DNA of 64,000 nt from Octopus vulgaris (lineage: Eukaryota): the NCBI GenBank assembly GCA_951406725.2, contig OX597814.1:12524001-12588000 (forward strand). The letters are read 5' to 3'. The notes beneath the pieces were generated by a model, which had not been told where the DNA came from, searched no databases, and was given only the letters and a program-made list of their open reading frames with translations. Positions 26,306-40,177 of this stretch are shown here, piece after piece. A program made the position numbers and the translations under genes. Numbering within the stretch: the first letter of the stretch is position 1; the number at the start of each line of letters is the position of its first letter.

Positions 26306-27028
26306 TAATGAAATAACTCTGTAATTCACAGATATTGAGAAGTCATTATGGAAATCTTTCCAGTGCATTCTCATTAGAGAAAGTGAGTACGATAAATGGT
26401 AAAAAAAAAAAGATGTGTCTTGAAGATGTGGTGAACTATAGTAGATATAATGTTCGTTCAAGTTTGCTGTCCAAATAGTAGTGTTGAATTAGTATATATT
26501 TTAATCAGAGCGGTGAGATGTCAGAAATGTTAGCACTCTGGGTATAATGTTTAGCGGTATTTCGTTCATCTTTATGTTCAGAGCTTAAATTTCGTCGAGG
26601 TTGACTTTGCCTTGCATCCTGTCGGGTGCGATAGAATAATTACCAGTTGAGCACTGGGGTCAAAGTAATCGACTCACCCCTTCTCCGAAATTGCTGGACT
26701 TTTGCCAAATCACGAAAGTAATATATACTTTAATCAATTTTCTGGCAAAAATAGTCCCACAAACAATCGAAAACCTTGTCCAGTTCAAGTGAAAATACTG
26801 ATTGGATTTTATGTTTATGTGCGATTGACTTAATTCGCTGTAAAACAGAGGTAAATGTTGCATTTTCAGTTTTCAACTTTATCAAACATTTTGATACACT
26901 GCATCCGTCCCAAAAAGTTTCTGTAGGCTTTGAACATACCCTTTGATTTTACTTATTTCCAAATACTGAAAGAAATGGTTGATTATTTTCATTTGCTTGC
27001 TTCAATTAATATTTATGTCAACTAGAAA

Positions 27029-27991
27029 GGCGGCGAGCTGGCAGAAACGTTAGCACGCCGGGCGAAGTGCGTAGCCGTATTTCGTTTGCCGTTACGTTCT
27101 GAGTTCAAATTCCGCCGAGGTCGACTTTGCCTTTCATCCTTTGGGGGTCGATAAATTAAGTACCGGTTACGCACTGGGGTCGATATAATCGACTTAATCC
27201 GTTTGTCTGCCCTTGTTTGTCCCTTCTGTATTTAGCCCCTTGTGAGTAGTAAAAAATAGGTATTTCGTCTGCCGTTACGTTCTGAGTTCAAATTCCGCCG
27301 AGGTCGACTTTGCCTTTCATCCTTTCGGGATCGATTAAATAAGTACCAGTTACGCACTGGGGTCGATATAATCGACTTAATCCGTTTGTCTGCCCTTGTT
27401 TGTCCCTTCTGTATTTAGCCCCTTGCGGGTAGTAAAAAATAGGTATTTCGTCTGCCGTTACGTTCTGAGTTCAAATTCCGCCGAGGTCGACTTTGCCTTT
27501 CATCTTTTCGGGGTTGATAAATTAAGTACCAGTTACACACTGGAGTCGATATAATCGACTTAATCCGTTTGTCTGCCCTTGTTTGTCCCTTCTGTATTTA
27601 GCCCCTTGTGAGTAGTAAAAAATAGGTATTTCGTCTGCCGTTACGTTCTGAGTTCAAATTCCGCCGAGGTCGACTTTGCCTTTCATCCTTTCGGGATCGA
27701 TTAAATAAGTACCAGTTACGCACTGGGGTCGATATAATCGACTTAATCCGTTTGTCTGTCCTTGTTTGTCCCTTCTGTGTTTAGCCCCTTGGGGGTAGTA
27801 AAAAATAGGTATTTCGTCTGCCGTTACGTTCTGAGTTCAAATTCCGCCGAGGTCGACTTTGTCTTTTATCCTTTCGGGATCGATTAAATAAGTACCAGTT
27901 ACGCACTGGGGTCGATATAATCGACTTAATGCGTTTGTCTGTCCTTGTTTGTCTCCTCTGTGTGTAGCCCCTTGTGGGTAGTAAAGAAATA
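27029..27991 (+). repeat. SINE type B pentamer: one full head plus 5 x 183-bp tandem units
   Basis: 'gtatttcg' unit starts at 27077, 27260, 27443, 27626 and 27809. Confidence 0.95.
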
Positions 27992-28989
27992 AGAAAGGCG
28001 ACGAGCTGGCAGAATCATTTGCACGCTGAGCAAAATGCTTTGCGTCCGTCTTTTATGTTTTGAGTTCAATACTGTGAAGACAAACTTTGCTTTTCATCCT
28101 TCCAGGGTCGACGAAATAAGTACCAGTTGAGTACTGGTATCGATATAATCAACTTAGCCCAAATCACGAATTTGCTGGCCTATTTATTCTGTTAACGATA
28201 AAACGTTTATGGGCAGCACTTAAATAAATATTTTCATAGCTTAGCAGGCAACTCTGCATATAAAGGAGTTAACTCTTAAATATGATTTTCAAAAAGCCAT
28301 CCATCTTTCTATTCGTTATGGTATAATTTTCGTTCAACTTCGGTGTTCTTATAGTTGAACTGATTTTTCTAGCGCCCTTTGACCGTAATCGTATAACTTA
28401 CTTTGGGATATATTATCAGTAATAGGATCTCTTGCTCTGAAGAAAGACTAAATCACCTCTGGATTGACAGCTAACTACAATCATATGGTTAACTCATACT
28501 AAAAGGCATAAACATGAATATACTCTCGTAAATACTCACAAACACAGTAGTAATGATATACTTACACAACATACATTCTCATTTCTTGGCAAAATAAGAT
28601 TTATTAGATGCTGCTATTAACAGCAGAAAATATATAACTACTGGAAAAATATACAGTAGAAAACTAAGGTAAAAAATTCAAAAATCGTAAGAAAAATCAA
28701 GTATTTATTTTCAAACAGACAGTGGAAACAGTTTTTCTTTAGAACATGACATATATTATTAAGATAAGTAAACAATATTGTGTGATTCTACAATCGGTCG
28801 CTTAAAGTGAGCATTTGCAGGAGGAAGGTCGTGAGGATGATCACCGAAATAGAAAAAAAATACGTATAGCTGATGATTAATTACACATGTCAAAACCTAA
28901 TTTATCTTTCCTAGCTGTTACCTTTTGGAAATAATTTATGTACTTGAGACATTCCAGAAAATTGAAATCGAAATTGCTTTGGTGATATG

Positions 28990-29068
<79 letters not shown>

Positions 29069-29204
29069 AAATAGGGGTTTTAGTACATTTGTGATCTAAA
29101 CGAATATGTTCACTGAAAGGGTGCTATAGTTGGTCGTACATTAGGTTCCAAGTTAACAGCTGAGGCTGGATCTAGGGATCCGTATTAGGGTTTCGTTATA
29201 ACAG

Positions 29205-29838
29205 GTATATATTATATTAGAGGAAAAAGCAAACACAAAGAAGAGCGAGTATCTCAAATCATTTAGAGTAATCTAATTAGGCTAAGAGAAATTGAAATCT
29301 TACAGACGTTTCTGGGATAACCCTAGTGGTAAGTTAGCATGTCCACGCACTCATCAGAGAATACTCGGTGCGTAGATATGCTAACCTACCACTTCGCTTA
29401 TCCCAGAAATAGCTGTAATACTTCAAATTCACCTTACCCCAATTAAATTATTCTAAAGGACTTGAGAGTGGAGGCGCAATGGCCCAGTGGTTAGGGCAGC
29501 GCACTCGCGGTCGGAGGATCACGGTTTCGATCCCCAGACCGGGCGTTGTATGTGTCTATTGAGCGAAAACACCTAAAAGCTCCACGAGGCTCCGGCCGGG
29601 GAAGGTGGCGACCCCTGTAGTACTTTTTCGCCACCACTTTCTCTCACTCACTCTTCCTGTTTCTTGAGTAACGCTGCGATGGACTGGCGTCCCGTCCAGC
29701 TGGAGGGAACACATACGCCACAGAAACCGGGAAACCGGGCGCATGAGCCTGGCTAGGCTTCGAAAGGGCGATGTTTATCGTTTTTTAAATGATTTGAGAT
29801 ATTCATTCTGCCTTGCTTTTGCTTTTTCCTTTAATATA

Positions 29839-29845
<7 letters not shown>
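29205..29845. mobile_element. Fold-back element whose right arm is split by a SINE
   Basis: Arm 29205-29350 versus 29368-29467 plus 29785-29845; CTGATGA on the minus strand in the central loop. Confidence 0.7.
29468..29785 (+). mobile_element. SINE type C head with 'ctgcgatggactggcgtcccgtccag' tail
   Basis: Box A and box B present; imperfect TSD taaa.ga.ttgaga. Confidence 0.85.
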
Positions 29846-29888
<43 letters not shown>

Positions 29889-30460
29889 AAGTAACATTTA
29901 TGTGTCAAGAAGAAATATTTAGCATGCGAAATAAATAAGAATAAATAAATACATTTTACTAGCAGAATGACCACTCTCCCAACAGTCATTCTGCTCTTCA
30001 TTGAATGATATTTACACATTTCGGTTCCAATTTGTGTATTGTCTCTGATATGTTACGTCTTATTTTCAGCTGTACCCTTTATTAGTCAAATACTATTCGC
30101 TCGCTCTCTGAATATATTTATAATAGTCCTTTCTCCCTCAGACCTGATCATTTTGCTTATTATTGAGGGCAGGGGCTTGTCGATTACATCGATCCCAGTG
30201 TTCATCTAGTACTTATTTTATCGACCCCGAAAGAATGAAAGACAAAGTCCACCTCACTGGAATTGGAACTCAGAACATAAAGACGAACGAAATGCCTCTA
30301 AACATTCTAAAGATTCTGAAGCTCACCGCATTAAATATATTTGTTAAAATATCAAGCATTCAAAGACAGCGTTAGAATTTCTGAAGAATCCAGGTATTAT
30401 ATTAATTCAAGCACGTTAATCTCACTTTGAAACAAACTCAAAATTAAGCCATCCTTTATA

Positions 30461-30629
30461 TATTTCTTTATTGCCCACAAAGAGCTAAACATGGAGAGGA
30501 CAAACAAGGACAGACAAAAGGATTAAGTCGATTATATCGACTCCAGTGCGTAACTGGTACTTAATTCATCGACTCCGAAAGGATGAAAGGCAAAGTCGAC
30601 CTCGGCGGAATTTGAACTCAGAACGTAAC
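30461..30629 (-). mobile_element. 5'-truncated SINE type B with TSD
   Basis: ttaagccatcctttata duplicated on both sides. Confidence 0.85.
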
Positions 30630-30979
30630 TTAAGCCATCCTTTATATGGTCTTTCAGAATGCTAGAATAATAAAATATTTTTATTGCAAGCATGGAAATG
30701 AGAAATTTGATTTATTTGCAGATAATAACTATTGTTTCATCTGAAAATTACTAATCATGTCAACAATTTGTATTAACACCAAGAAATTTGTTTCAGACGA
30801 ATTATAATTATTGTATATATACCACATTTCATACTATTGGCACTAGTGGGAAATGAATGCTCCCAAAGTCACCTACCATTTGACGGGTCGCACTCTAGTA
30901 GTAGTAGAAGTAGTTGTTGTAGTAGGTCTTTCGACTATAGTAACACAGCCTAAAACTTTTATGGGCAGGGGATGAGTTA

Positions 30980-31272
30980 GTGAGTTCGACTCGCGAACCG
31001 GACTGTGTGTTGTGTTCTTGAGCAGGACACTTTATTTCACGTTGCTCCAGTTCACTCAGCTGTAGAAATGAGTTGCGATGTCACAGGTGCCAAGGTGTTT
31101 CGGCCTTTGCGTTTCCCTTCGTCAATATCAGTGGCGTGGAGAGAGGAGGTTGGTTTGCATAGGCAACTGCTTGTCTTCCACAAACAACCTTGCTCGGACT
31201 TGTGCCTTGGAAGGAAACATTCCAGGTACAAAACTATGGTCATTCATGACTGAAGTGGGTTTTGTACCCTTT
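30980..31272 (+). mobile_element. SINE with a 'gtgttcttgagcaggacacttt...ctccagttcactcagctg' body
   Basis: Box B GAGTTCGACTC; body shared with 54266-54527. Confidence 0.65.
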
Positions 31273-31441
31273 TTAATCAATCACACCGACTCCCGTGCTT
31301 CGCTGATGTATATCTCATCGACCTCTCATGAATGAAAGGTAAAATTGATCTTTCCGGAATTTGGAGACGAAACACCGCTAGCCATTTTGCAAACAATTCT
31401 ATCAGCGAGGTAATGATAATAATAATGATGATAATAATAAT

Positions 31442-31477
<36 letters not shown>

Positions 31478-31552
31478 TATAATGATAATAATAATAATAA
31501 TAATAATATAATGATAATAATAATAATAATAATTATAATGATAATAATAATA

Positions 31553-33824
31553 AACATACTAGCAGAGCCAGAGACAATGCCTGAATGGCTCACGAAGGGG
31601 AAAACCATCTTAATTCCCAAATCAAATGAGACAGCAAAACCAGAAAACTACAGACCAATAACCTGCCTCCCTACAATGTTCAAGGCATTTACTGCAGTGA
31701 TATCGCAAAGGTTGAACAAGCACCTGGACGAAAACAAACTGTTCCCAGAAGAGCAGAAAGTATGCCGCAAAGGCTCATATGGCTGTGAAGATCAACTAAT
31801 GATTAATAAAGCCATAACTGAAGACAGCCACAGAAAGAAGAAAGGCCTCAGTATGGTCTAGATTGACTACAAAAAGGCGTTTGATAGCATCCCCCACACA
31901 TAGATCCTCGAAACACTAGCCATTAACAAAGTAGCACCAACAATCATAAAATTCATAGAGCACTCTATGAATAAATGGTAAACAGTCCTACACCTCCAAA
32001 CAAAAGAAGGACTCATGAAAACCAAAGACATCCCCATTAGAAGAGGAATATTCCAGGGAGACACGCTCTCTCCACTCCTTTTCTGCTTGGCACTGTCACC
32101 TCTATCTGATATAATAAATAGAACTGGATGCGGATATAAATGTTACGGCAAAACGATCAGCCACCTTTTATATATGGATGACCTAAAACTATACGCTGCA
32201 AATGACAAACAGCTGGAAACACTATTAAAGACAGTTCATGGATTTACCAAAGAAATAGATATGAAATTTGGATTAGAAAAATGCGCCAAAGTAATCATGA
32301 AAAGAGGAAAACTAGTTAAGAGTAGCAACATCACACTAGATAAAACCAATGAAATAAAAGAATTAGACCAAAGCCAAACTTACAAATACTTAGGAATCCA
32401 TGAACTAGATAAGACACAACACACACAAATGAAAGAGAAAATAAAAAAAGAATATTATAGACGAGTTAGATCAATACTAAAAACAGAGCTCAATGCTAAA
32501 AACAAGATAATAGGTATTAACACTTTAGCTGTCCCAGTTATAAGTTACAGCTACAATATCCTTAACTGGACACGAAATGAACTGACCAAAATAGATAGGA
32601 AAACAAGAAAAATAATGACAAGATCTAGGATGCATCACCCAAAATCTGACATAGAAAGACTATATATACAACGTATAGAAGGTGGTAGAGGCCTTATACA
32701 ACTGGAAAACTACTATAAAATAACCACCATAGGATTGCAAAAATATCTACTTCAGAAGGAAGGAAAACTGATACAAATAGCCGCAAAACACGAGCAAAAC
32801 AAAAAACTGTTCTCAGTATTTAAGGAAGCTGACAAATACAAACAAGAAATCATACCACCTAATAAACATGAAGAAGAAGAAGAAGAAGAAGAAGATTAAG
32901 AAACAACAAAAGCTATAAAACAAATGAAATCCAAACTAAAAATAGAACAGCAACGAACCATGATAAAACGATGGCAAGAAAAGCCCCTTCATGGTAAATA
33001 CTGGACTAAACTAAACGCAAAAGAAATAGACAAAGAAAAATCCCAGCAATGGTTGAGAAGCTCAGGACTCAAAGCAGAAACAGAGGGATTTTTAATTGCA
33101 GCACAAGACCAAAGCCTCCCCACCAGAAATTACCAAAAACATGTAATGAAAAGAAATATAACAAGTAACTGCAGAACATGTGGAGATGGACAAGAAACAA
33201 TAAATCATATTATCTCTAGCTGCCCAGTCCTGGCTAAAAAGGAATATATTCACAGACATGACAGAGTTGGAACCTACATACATTGGAAGCTATGCCAACA
33301 TTATGGAATAACAACAGAAAAAAGATGGTATAGGCACACACCAGAAAAGGTCACAGAAAACGAGAAAGCAACCATACTCTGGGATATGCCGATACACACA
33401 GATAGAGAAATTAAGGCCAATATGCCAGATATAGTTGTCAGAGATCATGAAGAAAAAAAATGCTTTCTAATACCGGCAGATGACAACGTGTCTCTAAAAT
33501 AAATGGAGAAACTCTCAAAATACAAAGACCTGGAAATAGAGGTAACCAGAATGTGGAATCTGAAAACAGAAACAATTCCTATCATAGTAGGTGCATTAGG
33601 CATGATAAAAAAATATTCAGACAAATACATAACAAAAACACCAGGACTTACAAACACATATAACATACAGAAAATTGCACTACTAGGCACTGCACACATC
33701 CTACGCAGAACACTTTCCATACAATAACCATCAGAGCATCACAACAAATCACAACACATACCAAAGGCACACAGAGCTGCGCTCGGTAGTGAAGTGAAAG
33801 CACGCTATAAAAATAAAACTACTG
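31553..33824 (+). mobile_element. 5'-truncated R4/Dong-clade LINE (RT, CCHC zinc finger, RLE), pseudogenised, inserted in (TAA)n
   Basis: One frame with about five in-frame stops: YRPITCLP, GIFQGDTLSPLLF, HLLYMDDLKLY, FGLEKC, YKYLG, LHGKY, ETEGFLIAAQDQ, CRTC...ETINHIISSC, RHD, PDIVV, KLSKYKDL, IIVGALG; (TAA)n on both flanks. Confidence 0.95.
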
Positions 33825-34391
33825 AATAATAATAATAATAATATTAATAATAATAATAATTTACCCAAAGTTCATGTCGGATAAGAGGAAATATTAACAA
33901 TAACAAATAGTAAAAAAATGAAAATAATAATAGTGATAATAATAATAATGAAAGGAAGCTGCTGGAATCTCCCTATGCTCTGATTGATGATACATCTAGT
34001 GATGGTGTCACACTGGAAATGTGCAACCTGATAATCGCTACCTCATGTTAGTGACAATCTAAAAACAAAATATTGTGAATAACAGTAAAATACAATCTTT
34101 ACTGATGTAAGTAATCTCATAGCAGAAAATTTGCTAAAATTACCCAAATACGACAAATTTAACACGAAATAACGTCTAAAATAACGAAAGATCGTCAAAA
34201 ATGTTCACAGTAAACCATGTTCTGGGTGAGAAATTCCACTAGTATACGAAGATTGAAACTGTTTACTTAAAAAAAAAATTAATTAAAAAATCTGTGCGCC
34301 AAACTGAACAGATCCCTGGAGACGATGTAATCGACTATACTATACACACACACACACAAAAAAATCGGACATTGTGTCTATATTAGAAAGG

Positions 34392-34424
<33 letters not shown>

Positions 34425-35029
34425 TTCATCATCATCATCATAACCAGCAGTACTAGTAATAACATTATCGGTAACACGTTTATTACCATTACAAGCAAAA
34501 CCAGAAAAGACAAAAAGCAAACTATACTCACAAATATCAGTAAGTATATGTTGTCATGATATTTTCGATATTGATATATTTTTGTAGTTATTGTTATTAA
34601 TATTTTTGTTATCTTTATTGCTTCTTAGTTCCTATAGTAATGGCTTTTGTTTTGTTGTAACATTCGTATTGTTATTGATATCATAGTTAATATCGTCTAC
34701 CAGACATTTATTGTAAAACATTAGATAAGTTTTAACGTGTCTGCTGTAACTTATTCTCAATAATTAACACGTATTCACACACACACACACACTCTCTCAC
34801 ACACACACATAGACACACACACACACACATATGAGTGTGTGTGTGTGCTCATAAAATTAGTGGAATATTCATATAATATACATATATTCTTTTATATGTG
34901 TGTGTGTGTGTATGTGTCTATATAACATACACACATATGTACATATGTATAGGTATATATGATCATAAATGTTTTATTTCATATGCAAAAGCTCGTAAAT
35001 GTCCAATACGCATACATATGCATATTCTT

Positions 35030-35054
35030 ATGCATACGTATATATATATATATT

Positions 35055-35085
<31 letters not shown>

Positions 35086-35111
35086 TTATACATACATATG
35101 TATATATATTT

Positions 35112-35150
<39 letters not shown>

Positions 35151-35379
35151 CATACATATAAATATATATATATATATTTATACATACTTAGATACATGTA
35201 TATTTATATATATATACATATATATATATATAAATGTATATATATATATGTATAAATGTATATTTAAATATATATATATACATATATATATATGTATAAA
35301 TGTATATATATGTGTATAAATGTATATTTATATATATATATACATATATATATGTATAAATGTATATATATGTGTATAA

Positions 35380-35422
<43 letters not shown>

Positions 35423-35590
35423 TATATATGTGTGTATAAATGTATATATATATATATGTATAAATGTATATATATATATGTATGTGTGTGTATAAATGTA
35501 TATATATATATATGTATAAATGTATATATTTATATATATATATATATATATATACATACATTTACATTCAAATATATATATATATGTATA
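35030..35590. repeat. Compound (TA)n array with recurring 'tgtataaatgta' units
   Basis: Direct inspection. Confidence 0.9.
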
Positions 35591-36060
35591 CACATTTCTT
35601 ATGTTTATATGTGTGTCCGCGTGTCTGTGTATGTGTGCGTGTGTGATCGTGTGTGTATTTGTATGTACGAACATTTCAAACAAATCTGAAAATGTCCCAT
35701 TCCAAAAATCTTTCAAGATATAATCTGTTGTAACCAGATTCCAAGATGGCTGGTACCATAATTTCCGTTATCTTGCATTATCGTTTTATTTACCTCTGCC
35801 ATCACAATCAAACTGACACGTTAATGGGGGCTCTCTTTAGTTTTGATCGTTTATTATGCTATTCTAGGAGGCGGGGTTGACAGTAGTAGCGAGGCAAAAG
35901 ATTCTATCGATGCTAGATGTTGTTTCGGGAATGTAAATACATGTATGTATCTGTGTGAATGTAGAAGTGTTTCCGTATATATATGTGTGCCTGTATGTGT
36001 GTATTTGTGCATGCATATGTATGTCAGCCAGTCAGTCTGTCTGTATGTTTTTTATGTATG

Positions 36061-36150
<90 letters not shown>

Positions 36151-36622
36151 TATATATCTATATATAAATATATATATCTTATTAATACGTTTATATGTGG
36201 CGGAGTTTCACAAACGACCTTGTGCAATTATTTTTTCCGAAGAGATCTCGATAAAAATTAAAACAATAACGTTTTAGTGCCATAACATAATGGTCATTTA
36301 AGCTCTCATAAATATATATGGGGGAATCATATTTTATGAACGGAATGTTAGAAACTCATTAAAATATATCAGTTATACCCACTGGTCTTAAACTGGAGAT
36401 TTACTGAAATTCTCGAGGTACCAAGTACGTACTAATGTTTAATAAGTGTGTAAAATACCTTATAAAGATTGCTCTAATATAACTACACATGCACACGCAC
36501 ACATACACGCAGACAAAGACACTCACTCACACATAATATATATGCTTACATAAACATATGTGTGTATAAATGTATATATGCATGTATGAATGTATGTATG
36601 TATACACACACACATATACATA

Positions 36623-36682
<60 letters not shown>

Positions 36683-37097
36683 TATATATATATGCAAACA
36701 CACAACTCACAAATACGTCACACACACACGCATACATACATGCGCACATGTACAGACACAGAGAGACACACATAAACATACACACGCGCGCGCATATATG
36801 TATAACTCGACAGGGCAATCACATGTCCTTACATATCGATTCTCTATGCGTTTTCATTTTCCTCTTCATTTCGCAGTCTTGTAGTTGTCTTCAAAGGTTT
36901 CTGAGTAGTCTGTTTCGTTCTTTTGGATACCATTCTCCGACCGCACTGGTCCACGTGTTTTCTGTGTGCATTGTAACATATGTGATCCTGCAGATATTTT
37001 TGCTTTCGGCATTTCACGTTCACATGTTTCTCCCCACTTCTTTCTTGAATAACATCATTTCACATATGTTCTGGAAAGACCTAATCGATTTAAAAAA

Positions 37098-37465
37098 ATG
37101 ATATAAACCTCACCATTAAAGAAGCCGACAAAGGAAGTGCGGTAGTGGTGATGGATACAGAGTACTACAAAAATTCAATACTCTCCAAGTTGGAAAATAA
37201 TATTCACTCTGAGAAGATAGTACAATACAAGTCACAGAATACACTTAAAAACTTATCCGCCTTACACCAATATCCCACACGATTATGGTATAGAAGCGAT
37301 CATCTTCTGGCTAGAAAATTACCCAGAAGAGATCCCAGGACGCATCAACCACAGATTCATAATCGCAGCACTCAAATTCATCCTATTGAGCAACTGTTTC
37401 ATGTTCGATACAGTTTACTATCGAGAAAACTGTGGAATTGCAATGGGAACCCGAGCTGCTCCAGT
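37098..37465 (+). pseudogene. Penelope-like reverse transcriptase fragment with internal deletion
   Basis: LTIKEADKGSAVVVMDTEYY, then after a shift LYTNIPHDYGIEAI.FWL...FIL..N.F.FD..YY....GIAMGTRAAP. Confidence 0.9.
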
Positions 37466-37589
37466 GATTGTGAAATGTGTTACCTAGATCTTGACATATC
37501 TCTCTGCAACGTAAACAGTCCCTATTCTAACTTTTTCATAGATGCCCATGACTCACTGACATTTAGGGGTGCAGGTTAAACGTTTCTGC

Positions 37590-37875
37590 TAGAGAGATTG
37601 GTGCGTAGAATTTTGTGTAGCAGTGGTTTGAGCACGTTTTTAATTGCAAGAAATTCCTTCAATCTTGCCTTTTTTCTGCATGGAATTTCAGCGTTTATCT
37701 CTTGGCATATAATTATTGTTTGTCCAAATTAAATATACTCCTCCACCTCCTCAATTTCAACACTTCCCACCACTATTCTGCCTTGTTCTATGTTTTCTGA
37801 TTACATGATTTTGTTTCAATACAGTCTATTTTGAAGGTTACTGCTAAACTATGGGTGATCAGCTCTGTCAACACG
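37590..37875 (-). mobile_element. Old RTE-clade LINE RT-thumb fragment
   Basis: Across a frameshift: KI...TKIM...IVVGSVEIEEVEEYI*FGQTI.....AEI..R resembles the RTE 'E.V..Y.YLG' region. Confidence 0.6.
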
Positions 37876-38555
37876 GTTTGTAGCTGAAAGTGTGTGTGTG
37901 TGTGTATGTGTGTGTGAGAGACAGACAGAGAGCGAGCGAACAAGAGAGTGCGAAAGAGGATGAGAGAAAGAGAATGAATAAGCAAGAAGAAATAATAGGC
38001 AAATGGATAATCATAATCGGACAGATGCACCAACCCCTCAGAGACACAACTCATCAATGTTTGGTTTGACATAAGACTCAACGAAAATAAATTCTTATAT
38101 ATCGGAATCTATAATTCATATAGCGAAAATCAACCTGACTGTCATTTACTCTGGGATACCGTTTTGAACTACATTTATTTATTTACTTAGTAGATTTTTG
38201 CCTCGAATCATTTTTTCTTGGAATATGTTTATTTATTTGGGTCTTTCTATAATCATCTCCTATTTGCTTTACATTGCGGAATAATTTAAAGTGAGAGAAC
38301 GAAATTTAAGTATAGAAACTACTCTTGCAAGCCAAAATATACAATGAGATAAACATTTTAGTGAAGGTTTTTGCCACGTTATTACACTCTTTCCTCTCCC
38401 CACCCCCCACGAAGAACTCTCTCTATACGTATATACATATCTACACACACGCGCACGCGCGCACGCGCGCACGCACGCACGCATGCACTCACACGCATCC
38501 GCGGGAATGCATATATATATACACACACACACACACATATATATATTTATATATG

Positions 38556-38597
<42 letters not shown>

Positions 38598-38742
38598 CGT
38601 GTTTGTAAGAAGGAGAGTATGGATATATACACCAACCTTTGAAATTTGTTTCTCTCCTTCTTAACTTTGTATTCCTTAAGCTCCATTAGAGCGCTAATTG
38701 GTTGAGCTGGATAAAGTGGATAGATATACCATTTATTTCTTC

Positions 38743-38789
<47 letters not shown>

Positions 38790-38792
<3 letters not shown>

Positions 38793-39710
38793 AAATACAA
38801 AATGGGACAAGGACGCAAAACATCCGGACAACTAGGTGATGCAAAAAGGGACAACAAAACATCCAGATAGACGATACAAAGAAAACAAGGACGGGTCATT
38901 CTAAGTTTTCTATCCTCAGTCAAGAACAAGATTATCCTCACAATTTCGGCTGACTATTCTTGAGATTGCTCCAATCTGGCCAGCCCCAATGGAAAACTAA
39001 GCTAAGAGCATTAGATTCCTTGGAAGATAACATCGAATGTATACAAAAACTAGGTCGGAAAAAAACAATGTTACACAAATATGAATACAATAAAAAATAC
39101 AATAAAAATAATAACAGGTGTCTTTCAACTAAGGACGAATTGAATTAAGCTGGCGCGTATGGAAATGAAGCCTTACGGCAGAGATACAAAAGTTTCATAG
39201 ACACAGGGATGAATATCGATGTTTGCACCGACCACGGTCAGACCCCAAAAGACCGAGCAGTCTGACCGATATTAATAACAAGGTTATTGACTCTGAAGTC
39301 AATTCCAATAGAATTAAGTTTATGTCTAGTAATTCTAAGATTAAAAACTCTATATACTAATGTAAAATTACTTCAGTTACTGATGTCTTTTTTTATATAG
39401 GTAGTTCTTCTTCGCAGTTATCTAAAAGAATTTCTAATCATTCTTCTACATTTAGGTATAGTAATAACCGCGACAGTACAGGGCTTAGTAAATTAGTTTG
39501 GTATCTAAAAGACCATAATAAACAATTTAATTTTGGTTGATTCTCTCCATTTCTTTTCAAATTTTCCCATATGATAAAGGCAAAGAATTCTGCCAACTCT
39601 GTAATAGTGAACTATTTTTTCTTCTATTTTCTAAGGATCCCCTTCTCTCTCTATAGGCTACCGTTGACGTTATATCTTCTAACGGTTTTAAAAAAAAATA
39701 CTTAATAGCG
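38790..39710. mobile_element. Penelope-like remnant: terminal repeat plus GIY-YIG endonuclease (+ strand, ~39340-39700)
   Basis: SIY*CKI...FYIGSSS..LSKRISNH.STF......STGLSKLVW.LK...PYDKGK.FCQLC..E. Confidence 0.8.
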
Positions 39711-40131
39711 TTCCGTTCATCATTATTCACATCCATCACATTCTGTTAAAATGTCTTATTGATGTTCGGTTTCTTTCTTTCTTTCTTTCCCTTATGAGAA
39801 GATTACGTTGTTTTACACCATTTTATTCATTTTGAAATAATACCAATGTTGTCTTCGGAACATCTGTCGGAAGTGAAAGAATTTGAATAACACCTGCGTT
39901 CAACTCCATTTATTTATTTATATATATTATACAAAATATTTCACATCAACCCGGAGTTTCTACTTTTACAAACAGGGTGTTACGTCCTTATCACTTGTAT
40001 GACTTTTTGCTGCCCTGGTAACTGTTTATCTTTTTTACGTGTTAATTGTAAACAAGGAGAAAATACACACATCCATTTATATGTGTGTATGTATGTATGT
40101 ATATATATGTCTGTATATATAAGTACATAGG

Positions 40132-40177
<46 letters not shown>

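Noticed and set aside
27029-27991. CRISPR-like or tRNA-gene array
   Set aside because: Units are contiguous 183-bp SINE bodies without unique spacers, and the head is not a canonical cloverleaf.
38890-38990. Possible hammerhead in the 1745/38790 family (CTGAGGA...GAAT; GGCTG...CAGCC GAAA on the minus strand)
   Set aside because: Core halves and stems could not be assembled into one consistent junction in either copy.
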